Positions 1-9,586 of a stretch of 64,000 nucleotides of DNA are shown piece after piece (the first letter of the stretch is position 1; each line of letters opens with the position of its first letter). The position numbers and the translations under genes are program-made. Where the stretch lies: the NCBI GenBank assembly GCA_902588745.1, contig CACIQI010000002.1:137519-201518 (forward strand), written 5' to 3'. This DNA is from an uncultured Alphaproteobacteria bacterium. Its GTDB lineage: Bacteria > Pseudomonadota > Alphaproteobacteria > HIMB59 > GCA-002718135. The notes below the pieces were generated by a model. That model was not told where the DNA came from. It ran no database searches and saw nothing but the letters and a program-made list of their open reading frames with translations.

Positions 1-2
1 TA

Positions 3-563
3 TCTTGTCTCCAAGACTTAATTAAAACAGGTAAAGTAAGGCACATAGGGGTATCTAATGAAACACCCTGGGGTGTAATGAAATATATGAAATTATCAGA
101 AGAAAAAAATCTTCCCAGGATGATGTCTATTCAAAATGTTTATAGTTTAGTAAATAGAATTTTTGATATTCATAACTCTGAAGTTTCAATTAGAGAAAAT
201 TGTGGTTTACTTGCGTATTCACCTTTAGCTGGAGGAAGATTAAGTGGAAAATATATTGGTGGTAAAAATCCACCTAATACAAGATTTACATTATGGGCTA
301 ACCGTTTTGATAGACATAACACGGCGAGAGGAGAAAATGCTATAGAAAAATATGTTAACCTTGCTAACAAGTATGGCATAGCTCCATCTACTTTTGCCAA
401 TGCCTTTGTGAATGATCGTCCCTTTGTAACAAGTAACATTATTGGGGCTACAACAATGGAACAACTTAAAGAAAACATCGATAGTATTGATATTACTTTA
501 ACTGATGATATTTTGCATGAGATTGAAAATATTCATCTTTATGACCCTAATCCTTGTGTATAA
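3..563 (+). CDS. Aldo/keto reductase, 5'-truncated by the window edge (about 186 aa visible); tandem paralog of the next gene
   Basis: The frame is open from nt 3 (SCLQDLIKTGKVRHIGVSNETPWGVMKY...), upstream of the ATG at 78 used by the ORF track. It is colinear with and highly similar to the C-terminal half of the 582..1634 product. Confidence 0.85.
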   Translation, partial: SCLQDLIKTGKVRHIGVSNETPWGVMKYMKLSEEKNLPRMMSIQNVYSLVNRIFDIHNSEVSIRENCGLLAYSPLAGGRLSGKYIGGKNPPNTRFTLWANRFDRHNTARGENAIEKYVNLANKYGIAPSTFANAFVNDRPFVTSNIIGATTMEQLKENIDSIDITLTDDILHEIENIHLYDPNPCV

Positions 564-581
564 TACTGGTAAAAATAAAAA

Positions 582-1634
582 ATGAAATATAGAAAATTAG
601 GTAATACAGATGTTGATGTAAGTGTCATTTGCTTAGGCACAATGACTTTTGGCGAGCAAAATAGTCAAAAAGATGGTTTCGATCAAATGGATTACGCTGT
701 TGAAAGAGGAGTAAATTTTTTTGATACTGCAGAACTATATGCAGTCATGCCTAGAAAAGAAACTTACGGTAAAACTGAAGAAATAGTTGGTAATTGGTTT
801 CAACAAAAGAAAAATAGAGACAAAATAATTTTAGCATCGAAAATAGCTTCAAAATCAGATGGTCTTGAATGGATTAGAGAAGGATCAAAAACTCTTGGTT
901 TTGATAAAAAAAATATGAATGCTGCAATAGATGAAAGTCTTAAAAGATTAAAGACTGATTATATTGATTTATACCAATTGCATTGGCCTGAGAGAAATGT
1001 ACCAAAATTTGGAATATTAGATTTTGAGTATGATGCTAGTGATAATGATTGGACCACTGTTGAAGAAGTTTTATATAATTTAGATCAGCTTGTTAAAGCA
1101 GGAAAGATTAGATATGCAGGTTTATCCAATGAAACACCCTGGGGTGTAATGAAATATCTTCAATTATCAAAAGAAAAAAATTTACCACGCATGATGTCTA
1201 TTCAAAATGTTTATAGTTTGGTTAACCGCGTTTTTGATATTCATAACTCTGAAGTTTCAATTAGAGAAAATTGTGGTTTACTTGCGTATTCACCTTTAGC
1301 TGGAGGAAGATTAAGTGGAAAATATATTGGTGGAAAAAATCCACCTAATACAAGATTTACATTATGGGCTAACCGTTTTGATAGACATAACACGGCGAGA
1401 GGAGAAAACGCTATCGAAAAATATGTTAATCTTTCTCATAAAAATGGCATAGCTCCATCTACTTTTGCCAATGCCTTTGTGAATGATCGTCCCTTTGTAA
1501 CTAGTAATATAATAGGAGCAACTACAATGGAGCAGCTCAAAGAAAACATCGATAGTATTGATATCACTTTATCAAAAGAAATTTTAAAAGAGATCGAAGA
1601 TATTCATTTGTCAGATCCGAATCCGTGCGTTTAA
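582..1634 (+). CDS. NADP(H)-dependent aldo/keto reductase (Tas-like family)
   Basis: 350 aa. N-terminus MKYRKLGNTDVDVSVICLGTMTFG, FFDTAELY, and YIDLYQLHWP are typical AKR motifs, and the length is typical. Confidence 0.9.
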   Translation: MKYRKLGNTDVDVSVICLGTMTFGEQNSQKDGFDQMDYAVERGVNFFDTAELYAVMPRKETYGKTEEIVGNWFQQKKNRDKIILASKIASKSDGLEWIREGSKTLGFDKKNMNAAIDESLKRLKTDYIDLYQLHWPERNVPKFGILDFEYDASDNDWTTVEEVLYNLDQLVKAGKIRYAGLSNETPWGVMKYLQLSKEKNLPRMMSIQNVYSLVNRVFDIHNSEVSIRENCGLLAYSPLAGGRLSGKYIGGKNPPNTRFTLWANRFDRHNTARGENAIEKYVNLSHKNGIAPSTFANAFVNDRPFVTSNIIGATTMEQLKENIDSIDITLSKEILKEIEDIHLSDPNPCV

Positions 1635-3517
1635 GAATTTAATAAATTACTTTTCTCTTTCGCTTTCAAATCGATATGAATAGAATCATATCTATTTTTG
1701 AAACCTTTTATCATTAAGAAGTACTTACAAAGCAACCATATTTTATCTAAATTTTTGTTATTAATAAAATCATCATTAATGTTCTTAAAATTGTAAACAT
1801 TACTTTCTTTAAATTCACTTTCATTAATTATTTCAGAAATCAAATTTATAGTATTTTCATCATAATCAACATTTTGTATAGTTAAGCCTTGTTTAAATTG
1901 TTGAGTATACATAGTTTTAGGAAAATAATTTTTAAAAGCTTCTCTTAATACTGATTTTGTAAAACCATTTTTCAACTTATTAGAACCACTTAATGCCAAT
2001 CCAAATAATCTTACATTATTATCTAAAAAAGGCATTCTAACCTCTACTGAATTTGACATTGACGCCCTGTCCCATTTATTTAAAAAAAATTGAAACCAAC
2101 CACAATAAGACATCAAATAAGTAAAACATAATTCGTAAGGAAAATTTTCTAAATCTTCTAAATCATCATTTATAATTTGGTTACTCCCATCAAAATTACC
2201 TATATGAAGATAGTTTGTAAAACCAAAATTTAAGTCTGGCGTTGCTTTGAAAGATATAGGAGCAATCTGCTGTTCACCTAAACCAAATAATTTCTTAAAT
2301 TTATTAATATTTTGAGTTTTACCAAATTTATTTATTGTATTATAATTATTACAAATACTATTATAAATATCTACGGATAATTCTGGTATCCATTGTGGAT
2401 ACCCTAAAAACTCATCTGCACCATGACCATCAAGACTAACTTTAATACCTTTTTCTTTTTGTTTTTTATATAGTTCAAACTGAATAAAATATTCTTCTAC
2501 AACTTCAAGTGATGAAACAAGATTCATTGTTTTATCTGCAGTCGTTTTTTTAAAATTAACTATTTGATAATTTCTTTTAAATCTTTTTGATAGTTGAACT
2601 GCATCCTCCTTAGTTTTCATTTCTTCATAATCCATTATAATTGGATTCAAATCTAAATCATCTTCGATCAAATTTTCTTTTTTTTGTATCAAATTCATCA
2701 GTGTGAAGATAGAGGAGGAGTCCAAACCACCACTCAGTGAAGTTCCAGTTTTAACATCGCTGTTCAATCTTAATTTTGTAGATTCATAAAGAAGATCAAA
2801 ATAATCATTAACATTTTCTCTAAATCCTGAATTGATTTTTGGTAAATTTTTAAGCGGATAATCCCATCTAAAAATTCTTTTTTCTAAATTGTTTAAATTT
2901 ATTTTTAAATATCTTCCTTGGGTAAGTTGATTAATATTTTTAAATATTGTCTTAGAGCAATTATTTAGAGTAGTAAAACTTATACCTAAATTATTGTTAT
3001 CAAATTCAACTGTATTCTCTAATGCATAAAATGTTTTTATTTCAGAACTGAATGCAAAAAAATTCTTATTATCAAAAATATAACAAGGCTTATATCCGAT
3101 ACCATCCCTACAAACTATCACCTCATTATTTTTTTTGTCTAGTATAGCAAAAGACCATTCTCCGTTAAACTTTTGAAATGAATCAACACCCCATTCTTTA
3201 TACGCATTAAGGATAACCTCAGTATCTGAATTTGAATAAAATTTATATTTCTTTAGAATTAGTTCTTCCCTTAAAGATTTATAATTATAAATTTCTCCAT
3301 TATAAATAATCCAATATCTTCCATCTACAGACATTGGTTGAGAACCAAGATTTGATGTATCGATTATAGATAGCCTAGTATGACCAAGTAAAAGATTTTT
3401 ATGGTTAATAAATCCACTATCATCCGGTCCTCTATGATCTAGAAGCGCATTCATTTTAAGAATTTTTGAAACATCTGTTTTAGATGTTTTAAAAATTATT
3501 CCATTAATTCCACACAT
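1631..3517 (-). CDS. asnB: Asparagine synthase (glutamine-hydrolysing) family amidotransferase
   Basis: 628 aa. N-terminal MCGI provides the Cys2 nucleophile of class II glutamine amidotransferases. SLSGGLDSS is the PP-loop of the synthetase domain. Confidence 0.85.
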   Translation of the reverse strand: MCGINGIIFKTSKTDVSKILKMNALLDHRGPDDSGFINHKNLLLGHTRLSIIDTSNLGSQPMSVDGRYWIIYNGEIYNYKSLREELILKKYKFYSNSDTEVILNAYKEWGVDSFQKFNGEWSFAILDKKNNEVIVCRDGIGYKPCYIFDNKNFFAFSSEIKTFYALENTVEFDNNNLGISFTTLNNCSKTIFKNINQLTQGRYLKINLNNLEKRIFRWDYPLKNLPKINSGFRENVNDYFDLLYESTKLRLNSDVKTGTSLSGGLDSSSIFTLMNLIQKKENLIEDDLDLNPIIMDYEEMKTKEDAVQLSKRFKRNYQIVNFKKTTADKTMNLVSSLEVVEEYFIQFELYKKQKEKGIKVSLDGHGADEFLGYPQWIPELSVDIYNSICNNYNTINKFGKTQNINKFKKLFGLGEQQIAPISFKATPDLNFGFTNYLHIGNFDGSNQIINDDLEDLENFPYELCFTYLMSYCGWFQFFLNKWDRASMSNSVEVRMPFLDNNVRLFGLALSGSNKLKNGFTKSVLREAFKNYFPKTMYTQQFKQGLTIQNVDYDENTINLISEIINESEFKESNVYNFKNINDDFINNKNLDKIWLLCKYFLMIKGFKNRYDSIHIDLKAKEKSNLLNS

Positions 3518-4392
3518 TATATTTTAATTTTTTCCAGCAATTTATGTACATCTTCAATATAGCTTCTATCCCATAAATAAACATTTAATAGTGAATAATA
3601 TAATTGATAAATTGGTTCGTATTCTAGGTAATATTTATCAATCTTGATATGATCATTGTATTTATCTAAAAAATTATCATCAATAAATACTGGGTTAAAC
3701 CATCTCAAATACGATATTTCTAATTCATTATGACCATAAAAAGATCCTGGATCGATAAATCCTACAAACTTTTTATTTTTAAAAAGTATATTTCCTTCCC
3801 ATAAGTCACCATGTAATAAAGATGATATTGGTTTGTTCGGAATAAAATTATCCATCTTTTTAATTAATAAATCAATTTTAGTGTTAATAGTTTCATCCAT
3901 AGGTTGATTTTTGTTAACTAAGTCAAATATATAAGTCAGTCTTTTATCTCTATAAAACTCTAACCAATTTTTAGAACTAGAATTAATCTGCTTCAAACCA
4001 CCAATTTGCGTATCAAAACTAAAACCGTAATTTTTACTTTTATTTGAGTGAAGAGAAATTATACTATTTAATAAATCATCATTAGTTTGGTTTGGCTGAT
4101 CGTCATCATTATTTATGAATGACATTATTAATAAATTATCATTATAGTTTATAATACTTGGAAATTGATTAAATTTTTGTCTATTAAAAAAAAGAAGATT
4201 ATCTGTCTCAGATTTTATAGCATTAAATTCATCATTATTTCTATAATAATATTTGACAATAAACTCTTTACTATCACTTGTGACAATTTTTAAGCAATTA
4301 ATCCCAAAAGAGTCTGATAATAACTTGCTATGTATAATTTTTTTATTATCTAAAAGTTTTTCAATTTCTAAAATGACACTTTGCTCAATCAT
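3517..4392 (-). CDS. Fructosamine/ketosamine-3-kinase family protein (FN3K/YniA-like)
   Basis: 291 aa. It carries SLLHGDLWEGN, IDPGSFYGHNELE and YQLYYSLLN, matching the HGDLWSGN / DP..Y.G..E.D / YQLY.LLN pattern of the family. Its stop overlaps the asnB start (TAATG). Confidence 0.8.
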   Translation of the reverse strand: MIEQSVILEIEKLLDNKKIIHSKLLSDSFGINCLKIVTSDSKEFIVKYYYRNNDEFNAIKSETDNLLFFNRQKFNQFPSIINYNDNLLIMSFINNDDDQPNQTNDDLLNSIISLHSNKSKNYGFSFDTQIGGLKQINSSSKNWLEFYRDKRLTYIFDLVNKNQPMDETINTKIDLLIKKMDNFIPNKPISSLLHGDLWEGNILFKNKKFVGFIDPGSFYGHNELEISYLRWFNPVFIDDNFLDKYNDHIKIDKYYLEYEPIYQLYYSLLNVYLWDRSYIEDVHKLLEKIKI

Positions 4393-4397
4393 ATCAA

Positions 4398-4829
4398 ATG
4401 CCCAAAAAAATTAACCTTCAATTTCTAATTTCATATTTAGGATTAATACCATATGTTTTAACTTTTTTAGATAAATACTATTTTTTAATAGTTGAGGAAG
4501 AAGTTCTGCTTAATTTTGTTATTTACTATAGTTTAATTATAATTGTTTTTATTGGATCAATAAACTGGAATTTAAAAAATAATCCGCCAACTCACATAGT
4601 TGTATACGGTTTTTTGCCAAGCTTATTTGCTGTCATAATTATTATATTAAGTCTTTATAATATTAACATAATAATAATTTTTATTTTGATAATTTTACTA
4701 TTGTTAACTCAGTTATTTTTTGACTATATTATTTTATTTGCAAACGAATCAAATAAACAGGCATTTAAATATCTCAGACTTCCTTTAACAGTTTTAATTA
4801 TCATATTTTTATTTCTTATTTCATTATAA
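4398..4829 (+). CDS. Small polytopic membrane protein (DUF3429-like; family call tentative)
   Basis: 143 aa with about 4 hydrophobic spans. The N-terminal LISYLGLIPYV resembles the DUF3429 signature, but no search was run. Confidence 0.55.
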   Translation: MPKKINLQFLISYLGLIPYVLTFLDKYYFLIVEEEVLLNFVIYYSLIIIVFIGSINWNLKNNPPTHIVVYGFLPSLFAVIIIILSLYNINIIIIFILIILLLLTQLFFDYIILFANESNKQAFKYLRLPLTVLIIIFLFLISL

Positions 4830-5811
4830 GGCTGATGTGGCCAATATTTCTGCCTGCATGATTTTTTAGATCAAATTTTTCTTTTTTTTCTAAATTATTT
4901 AACTCTACTATAGTCATAACTTTCAATTTTTTAAAAATATTAAGTATAGAAATAGGAATGGCCCTTTCATTTCCATCAGTAATTTTAACTACTCCGCTAA
5001 TTTCGTTATGAATATCAATAAATAAAAAAACACCCTCAGCTCCACTTTTACAAAATATTTTTCCTTTTGAAGCTTTCATAACTTTAGTATCAAAACTTCC
5101 TGTTCCTCCTATAAATTCAGGATTTTCTAAAACTGAATTAATTAAAATTTTGACTTCTTCGCTATAATCATAACAATCTTTATAACTTTTAATTAAATTA
5201 TTTAATGCCTTTGATATAGATTTAATTTTAAATGAATATTGTGGTGCGCTACATCCATCTAAAGAGAAATTTTTTTTTGATAATTTAGTTTCTGTAAATT
5301 TGTTGAAAACTTTTCTGATATTTTTTTGATGAATGTGATTGTAATCTAGATAGTTATTGATATTCTGATTATTGACCAAACAGCTTGTTAACATAGCTAA
5401 GTGCTTTCCAGCACAATTATTGTGTAATTCGTTAAATTTTTTTCTAGAATATATTATTTTTTCAGAAGCTTTTTTATCTAATGGTCCATGAATACCACAT
5501 TTTAAATTTTTTGTTTTTAAATTAATTTTTGAAATCCATTTTTTTAATTCCCTTATATGAATTTTTTCTCCTTTGTGTGATGCACAGGCTAAAGCTATAT
5601 GTTTATTGTTTAATTTATAATTTTTTATGGCATTTGACATTGCAAAAGGAATAGCTTGAAATATTTTAATTGATGATCGAGGAAAAAAAAATTCATTATC
5701 ATTATTTGTAGATAATAAAATTTTGCCATCAATGTTTGTAACTAAAGCTTTAACTTGATGGGTACTTTCAACTTTTTTACCCCTAATAAAATCTACGTGA
5801 ATTTTAGACAC
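4816..5811 (-). CDS. Asparaginase II family protein (Rhizobium etli AnsA-type, PF06089-like)
   Basis: 331 aa. The N-terminus RGKKVESTHQVKALVTNIDGKIL...PRSSIKIFQAIPF resembles the RG..VES.H / R(S/A).KP.QALP pattern of this family. It overlaps the convergent upstream gene by 14 nt. Confidence 0.65.
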   Translation of the reverse strand: MSKIHVDFIRGKKVESTHQVKALVTNIDGKILLSTNNDNEFFFPRSSIKIFQAIPFAMSNAIKNYKLNNKHIALACASHKGEKIHIRELKKWISKINLKTKNLKCGIHGPLDKKASEKIIYSRKKFNELHNNCAGKHLAMLTSCLVNNQNINNYLDYNHIHQKNIRKVFNKFTETKLSKKNFSLDGCSAPQYSFKIKSISKALNNLIKSYKDCYDYSEEVKILINSVLENPEFIGGTGSFDTKVMKASKGKIFCKSGAEGVFLFIDIHNEISGVVKITDGNERAIPISILNIFKKLKVMTIVELNNLEKKEKFDLKNHAGRNIGHISLIMK

Positions 5812-5835
5812 GTTTGAAGTTATACAATAATGAGT

Positions 5836-6465
5836 TTATTTTTGCTTAAAAAAAGATTTGATAAATGTAAATAAATTCAAAAAAGATCCATATTTACCAA
5901 AGAATATTACATCTTTTTCAGTAATACTTAAACAGACACAGCCTGTGTCTTTTGAAGCTATTGGTGTATGTTTAATTTTTTGGTCGTTAATTTGGATATC
6001 GCCTTTTGAATATTCACCATATTCATCACAGAAACTACCTTCCAAGACTAATATATACTCTTTTCCACCATGAGAGTGAAGTGGTACAGAAACACCAGGG
6101 TCCATTTTTATTAATTTTAGTTCGTCTTTATCATCAATTGATGCAGAATACTCTTTGAAACCTTTATAAACTTGCTTCCAATTTAAGTTATTTAGGTTTC
6201 CAAAGAAACTAGTCACAGGGTCATTAAGATTTGATGCAGACTGAATATTCTCATTATTAATACAGTCTGTATACTTCAAATTTTTAGGATAAATGTTTTC
6301 GTTATCAATTAAATTTTCACCCAACATATTTTCAAATGTATTGCTAATTTTAGAAGCATCTGAATTTAATTGTAAATATGTTGATGCAAATAGCGATTTT
6401 GCAGGACCTAGTATTCCTGATGCAAAATCAAAGATAAGTTGATTTTTTACTACTGTTCCATTCAT
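5836..6465 (-). CDS. chrR: ChrR-like anti-sigma factor (N-terminal anti-sigma domain plus C-terminal cupin)
   Basis: 209 aa. The N-terminus DFASGILGPAKSLFASTYLQL aligns to ChrR DYAAGTLSEAFSLVVATHLSLC. The cupin motif is PLHSHGGKEYILVLEG...IKHTP. It has a 4-nt ATGA overlap with the upstream ECF sigma gene. Confidence 0.75.
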   Translation of the reverse strand: MNGTVVKNQLIFDFASGILGPAKSLFASTYLQLNSDASKISNTFENMLGENLIDNENIYPKNLKYTDCINNENIQSASNLNDPVTSFFGNLNNLNWKQVYKGFKEYSASIDDKDELKLIKMDPGVSVPLHSHGGKEYILVLEGSFCDEYGEYSKGDIQINDQKIKHTPIASKDTGCVCLSITEKDVIFFGKYGSFLNLFTFIKSFFKQK

Positions 6466-6998
6466 CTTAAAAATCCCTGCATTTTTGTTAAAATATGCCT
6501 TAATCTTGATTTAACTGTCCCTAAAGGAATTTCAAGCTCATCTGCTATTTTTTTATGACTTTTATTTTCAAAAAAGTTCATTTTTATCATTATTTTTTGT
6601 TGTTCATCGAGCTCATTATTTATTATTTCTATTTGTTTTTTTGCCTCATTTTCTTCTATTGGGTCAACTTCTCTATTTTGGTATAAAAACTCTCGTATAT
6701 CTTCTTCTTGGAAATTTATTTTTGAATTTTTCCTGAAAAAGTCTACTTTTTTGTTTCTTGCAATAGTAAATATCCACGTGGAAAGAGCTGATTTATTTGA
6801 ATCATATAGGTTTGATTTTACCCAAACAGTACTTAACACTTCCTGAGTTAATTCCTCAGAACTCTCAATTTTGATTCTATTTTGAATAAAATAAGCATTT
6901 ATTTTTGGAGCAAAAAAGTCAAAGATTTCCGAAAAAGCCATTTCGTCGCGGTCTTTTTGAATCCTCCTCATCAAGCTAATTAAGTTTGATTTTTCCAT
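6462..6998 (-). CDS. rpoE: ECF (sigma-24 / RpoE-type) RNA polymerase sigma factor
   Basis: 178 aa. Region 2 (TQEVLSTVWVKSNLYD...STWIFTIARNKKVDFFRK) and region 4 HTH (KSHKKIADELEIPLGTVKSRL) are present. Confidence 0.9.
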   Translation of the reverse strand: MEKSNLISLMRRIQKDRDEMAFSEIFDFFAPKINAYFIQNRIKIESSEELTQEVLSTVWVKSNLYDSNKSALSTWIFTIARNKKVDFFRKNSKINFQEEDIREFLYQNREVDPIEENEAKKQIEIINNELDEQQKIMIKMNFFENKSHKKIADELEIPLGTVKSRLRHILTKMQGFLR

Positions 6999-7070
6999 AA
7001 TTTAAAAAGACTCTAACATTGATTAAACACTCTTAACTAATTGCATAAGATATACTAAAAGAAGAAATTG

Positions 7071-7541
7071 ATGAAAATTTTTCTTAATTTTTTAATAGTG
7101 CTATATGTAGCACTTCCTGGCGCTCTAAGCGGTTTAGAAGTAGGTAAATGGTCTTTTGAGAAAGCTGATGAGTATTGTTATATAGGCAGTTTAGCAACAG
7201 AAACAGATTTACCAAGTGACAAGAAAAGAGGAGATTTCTACGTTTTAGTGTATAAAAATATAGGTAACCCAGACACTGTTGTTCAAATAGAGGCTGGTTA
7301 TAGTTACAAGGTTTCCTCTGACATCAATATCACTATAGATAAAGGAGAATATAAATTTTATACAACTGAAGATTTACCAACTGCTGCCTGGACAGAAGAA
7401 GATTCAAAAGTAATTTTTGCTATGAAAAAAGGATTAGAGCTTAAAGTTACAGGTGAGTCTTCAAGAGGTACTATAACTAATGATACGTATACACTTAATG
7501 GGTTTACCGCAGCTTATAATAAATTAACTGATGACTGTTAA
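7071..7541 (+). CDS. Secreted/periplasmic protein of unknown function (possibly IalB-like)
   Basis: About 156 aa with an N-terminal signal peptide (MKIFLNFLIVLYVALPGALSG). The C-terminal YTLNGFTAAYNKLTDDC is reminiscent of invasion-associated-locus-B family proteins. I prefer the ATG at 7071 over the TTG at 7068. Confidence 0.55.
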   Translation: MKIFLNFLIVLYVALPGALSGLEVGKWSFEKADEYCYIGSLATETDLPSDKKRGDFYVLVYKNIGNPDTVVQIEAGYSYKVSSDINITIDKGEYKFYTTEDLPTAAWTEEDSKVIFAMKKGLELKVTGESSRGTITNDTYTLNGFTAAYNKLTDDC

Positions 7542-8729
7542 ATGCCAACTAAAATTGTACTAGCTTATTCCGGTGGATTAGACACAAGTGTCATTCTTAA
7601 GTGGCTACAAAATAAATATGAATGCCCTGTAGTTACTTTCACAGCAGATATTGGTCAAGGAGAAGAACTCTCAGCAGTTGAAGAAAAAGCAAAAAGCCTA
7701 GGTGTTGAAGAAATATTTATTGAAAACTTACAAGAAGAATTTGTAAGAGATTATATTTTCCCAATGTTTCGAGCTAATGCTCTCTACGAGGGAACATACT
7801 TGTTAGGTACAGCTATAGCAAGACCCTTGATTGCAAAAAGACAAATTGAAATTGCTAAAATTGTAGGAGCAGATACTGTAGCTCACGGAGCTACGGGTAA
7901 AGGTAATGATCAAGTTAGATTTGAACTTGGATACTATGCAAACAATCCAAAAATTGAAGTTATAGCACCTTGGCGAGATTGGGAATTTGAATCAAGAAAT
8001 GATTTATTAAATTATGCAGAAAAAAATCAAATAACAGTACCAAAAGATAAAATGGGCGAGCCACCATTTAGTACAGATGCAAATCTTCTACATACTTCTT
8101 CTGAAGGTAAGTTGCTAGAGGATCCATGGGTTGAACCACCTGAGCATATTTATTCTAGAACAAAATCTATTGAAGACACTCCAAATATTGCAGAGATTAT
8201 AACAATTGGATTTCAAAACGGTGACCCAGTTTCAATAAATGAAGAGAAACTAAAACCTCACGAAATTCTTACAAGATTAAATTCTATTGCTGGAAATCAC
8301 GGAGTAGGAAGAATAGATATTGTAGAAAATAGATTTGTTGGAATGAAATCAAGAGGAGTTTATGAAACACCAGGTGGAACAATATTATTAGACTCAAGAA
8401 GAGCAATAGAGAGTATTACTCTAGATAAAGGTGAGGCACATATTAAAGATGAATTAATGCCAAAATATGCTGAAGTAATTTATAATGGCTTTTGGTTTTC
8501 TTCTGAAAGAAAAGCAATGCAAAAGTTGATAGATTCTATGTCATACAAAGTTAATGGTGATGTCAAAATTAAAATATTTAAAGGTAATGTAATTATATTA
8601 GGTAGAAGATCAAGCAACTCTCTTTATGACAATTCATTAGTTTCCTTTGATGAAGTAGGTGAGTATAATCAAAAAGATGCTGAAGGATTTATTAAAATTA
8701 ACTCAATAAGACTGCGTAAAAATAACTAA
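7542..8729 (+). CDS. argG: Argininosuccinate synthase
   Basis: 395 aa with [23 protein letters not shown] and [10 protein letters not shown]. Confidence 0.97.
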   Translation: MPTKIVLAYSGGLDTSVILKWLQNKYECPVVTFTADIGQGEELSAVEEKAKSLGVEEIFIENLQEEFVRDYIFPMFRANALYEGTYLLGTAIARPLIAKRQIEIAKIVGADTVAHGATGKGNDQVRFELGYYANNPKIEVIAPWRDWEFESRNDLLNYAEKNQITVPKDKMGEPPFSTDANLLHTSSEGKLLEDPWVEPPEHIYSRTKSIEDTPNIAEIITIGFQNGDPVSINEEKLKPHEILTRLNSIAGNHGVGRIDIVENRFVGMKSRGVYETPGGTILLDSRRAIESITLDKGEAHIKDELMPKYAEVIYNGFWFSSERKAMQKLIDSMSYKVNGDVKIKIFKGNVIILGRRSSNSLYDNSLVSFDEVGEYNQKDAEGFIKINSIRLRKNN

Positions 8730-8734
8730 TATTT

Positions 8735-9586
8735 ATGGGTTATGGTGATGATTTACTTGTAACTTCCCTAGCAGCTAAAATAAAAAAACAGTTTCCAGAG
8801 AGACAAATTGTTATTGGTATTGCAGAAAAAAATCATGCTTTCCATTCTCCAATTTATGAGAATAATCCTAATATAGCAGATTGTAGAAATTTAGATAATA
8901 AAAAACCTATTCATCTAATTGATTTTCACGAATTTAATAGGCCTTATATAAATTACAAAAAAACTATTCCAAATAATTATGTTTGGAGAAATTTTAAACC
9001 TGTCCCGGGTGAACTATTTTTTTCAGAAGAAGAAAAAACAGCAGCTAAAAAAATTATTTCTGATGCAAAAAAATTTTGGAAAGAAAATCATATTAAAAAA
9101 TTCAAGAATATAATTTTCCTTGAAACCTCATCAACCAAAATAAGTGATGCACAATTTAGTTTTAAACATCAAAACAAAGACTGGGGTATTCAGAATTGGA
9201 CAAGATTAATTAAAAAACTAAAAAATGATTATTTAATTATTCAATCAAATCATAATCAAACAAAAAAAATTGATGGAGTTTTTATACCTCAAGAAATGGA
9301 TTTTAGACTTGCTTGTGCAATACTTGAAAAAGTTGATTTTTATGTTGGTCCTGAGGGGGGTTTTGGACATGTGGCAGCAGCATTAAATAAAAAAGCAGTT
9401 CTTTATTTTGGAGGCTGGATATCACCAGAAGTAATAGGTTATGAATTTCATGAAAATATTTATTATAAAGATAAACAATCACCATGTGGAGTCAAATTAA
9501 AACTTTGTGAACACTGTTCTAAAGCAAGAGAAGATATAACACCTGATATTTTCCTAGAGCGTATTCATAAAATAAGCTCTTCTTAA
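8735..9586 (+). CDS. Glycosyltransferase family 9-like protein (heptosyltransferase-like)
   Basis: 283 aa. N-terminal GYGDDLLVTSLAAKIKKQFPERQIVIG and C-terminal VGPEGGFGHVAAALNKKAVLYFG fit the GT9 pattern (G.GD...T......P....I... ; G.DSG..HLAAA...P.V.LFG). Confidence 0.55.
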   Translation: MGYGDDLLVTSLAAKIKKQFPERQIVIGIAEKNHAFHSPIYENNPNIADCRNLDNKKPIHLIDFHEFNRPYINYKKTIPNNYVWRNFKPVPGELFFSEEEKTAAKKIISDAKKFWKENHIKKFKNIIFLETSSTKISDAQFSFKHQNKDWGIQNWTRLIKKLKNDYLIIQSNHNQTKKIDGVFIPQEMDFRLACAILEKVDFYVGPEGGFGHVAAALNKKAVLYFGGWISPEVIGYEFHENIYYKDKQSPCGVKLKLCEHCSKAREDITPDIFLERIHKISSS

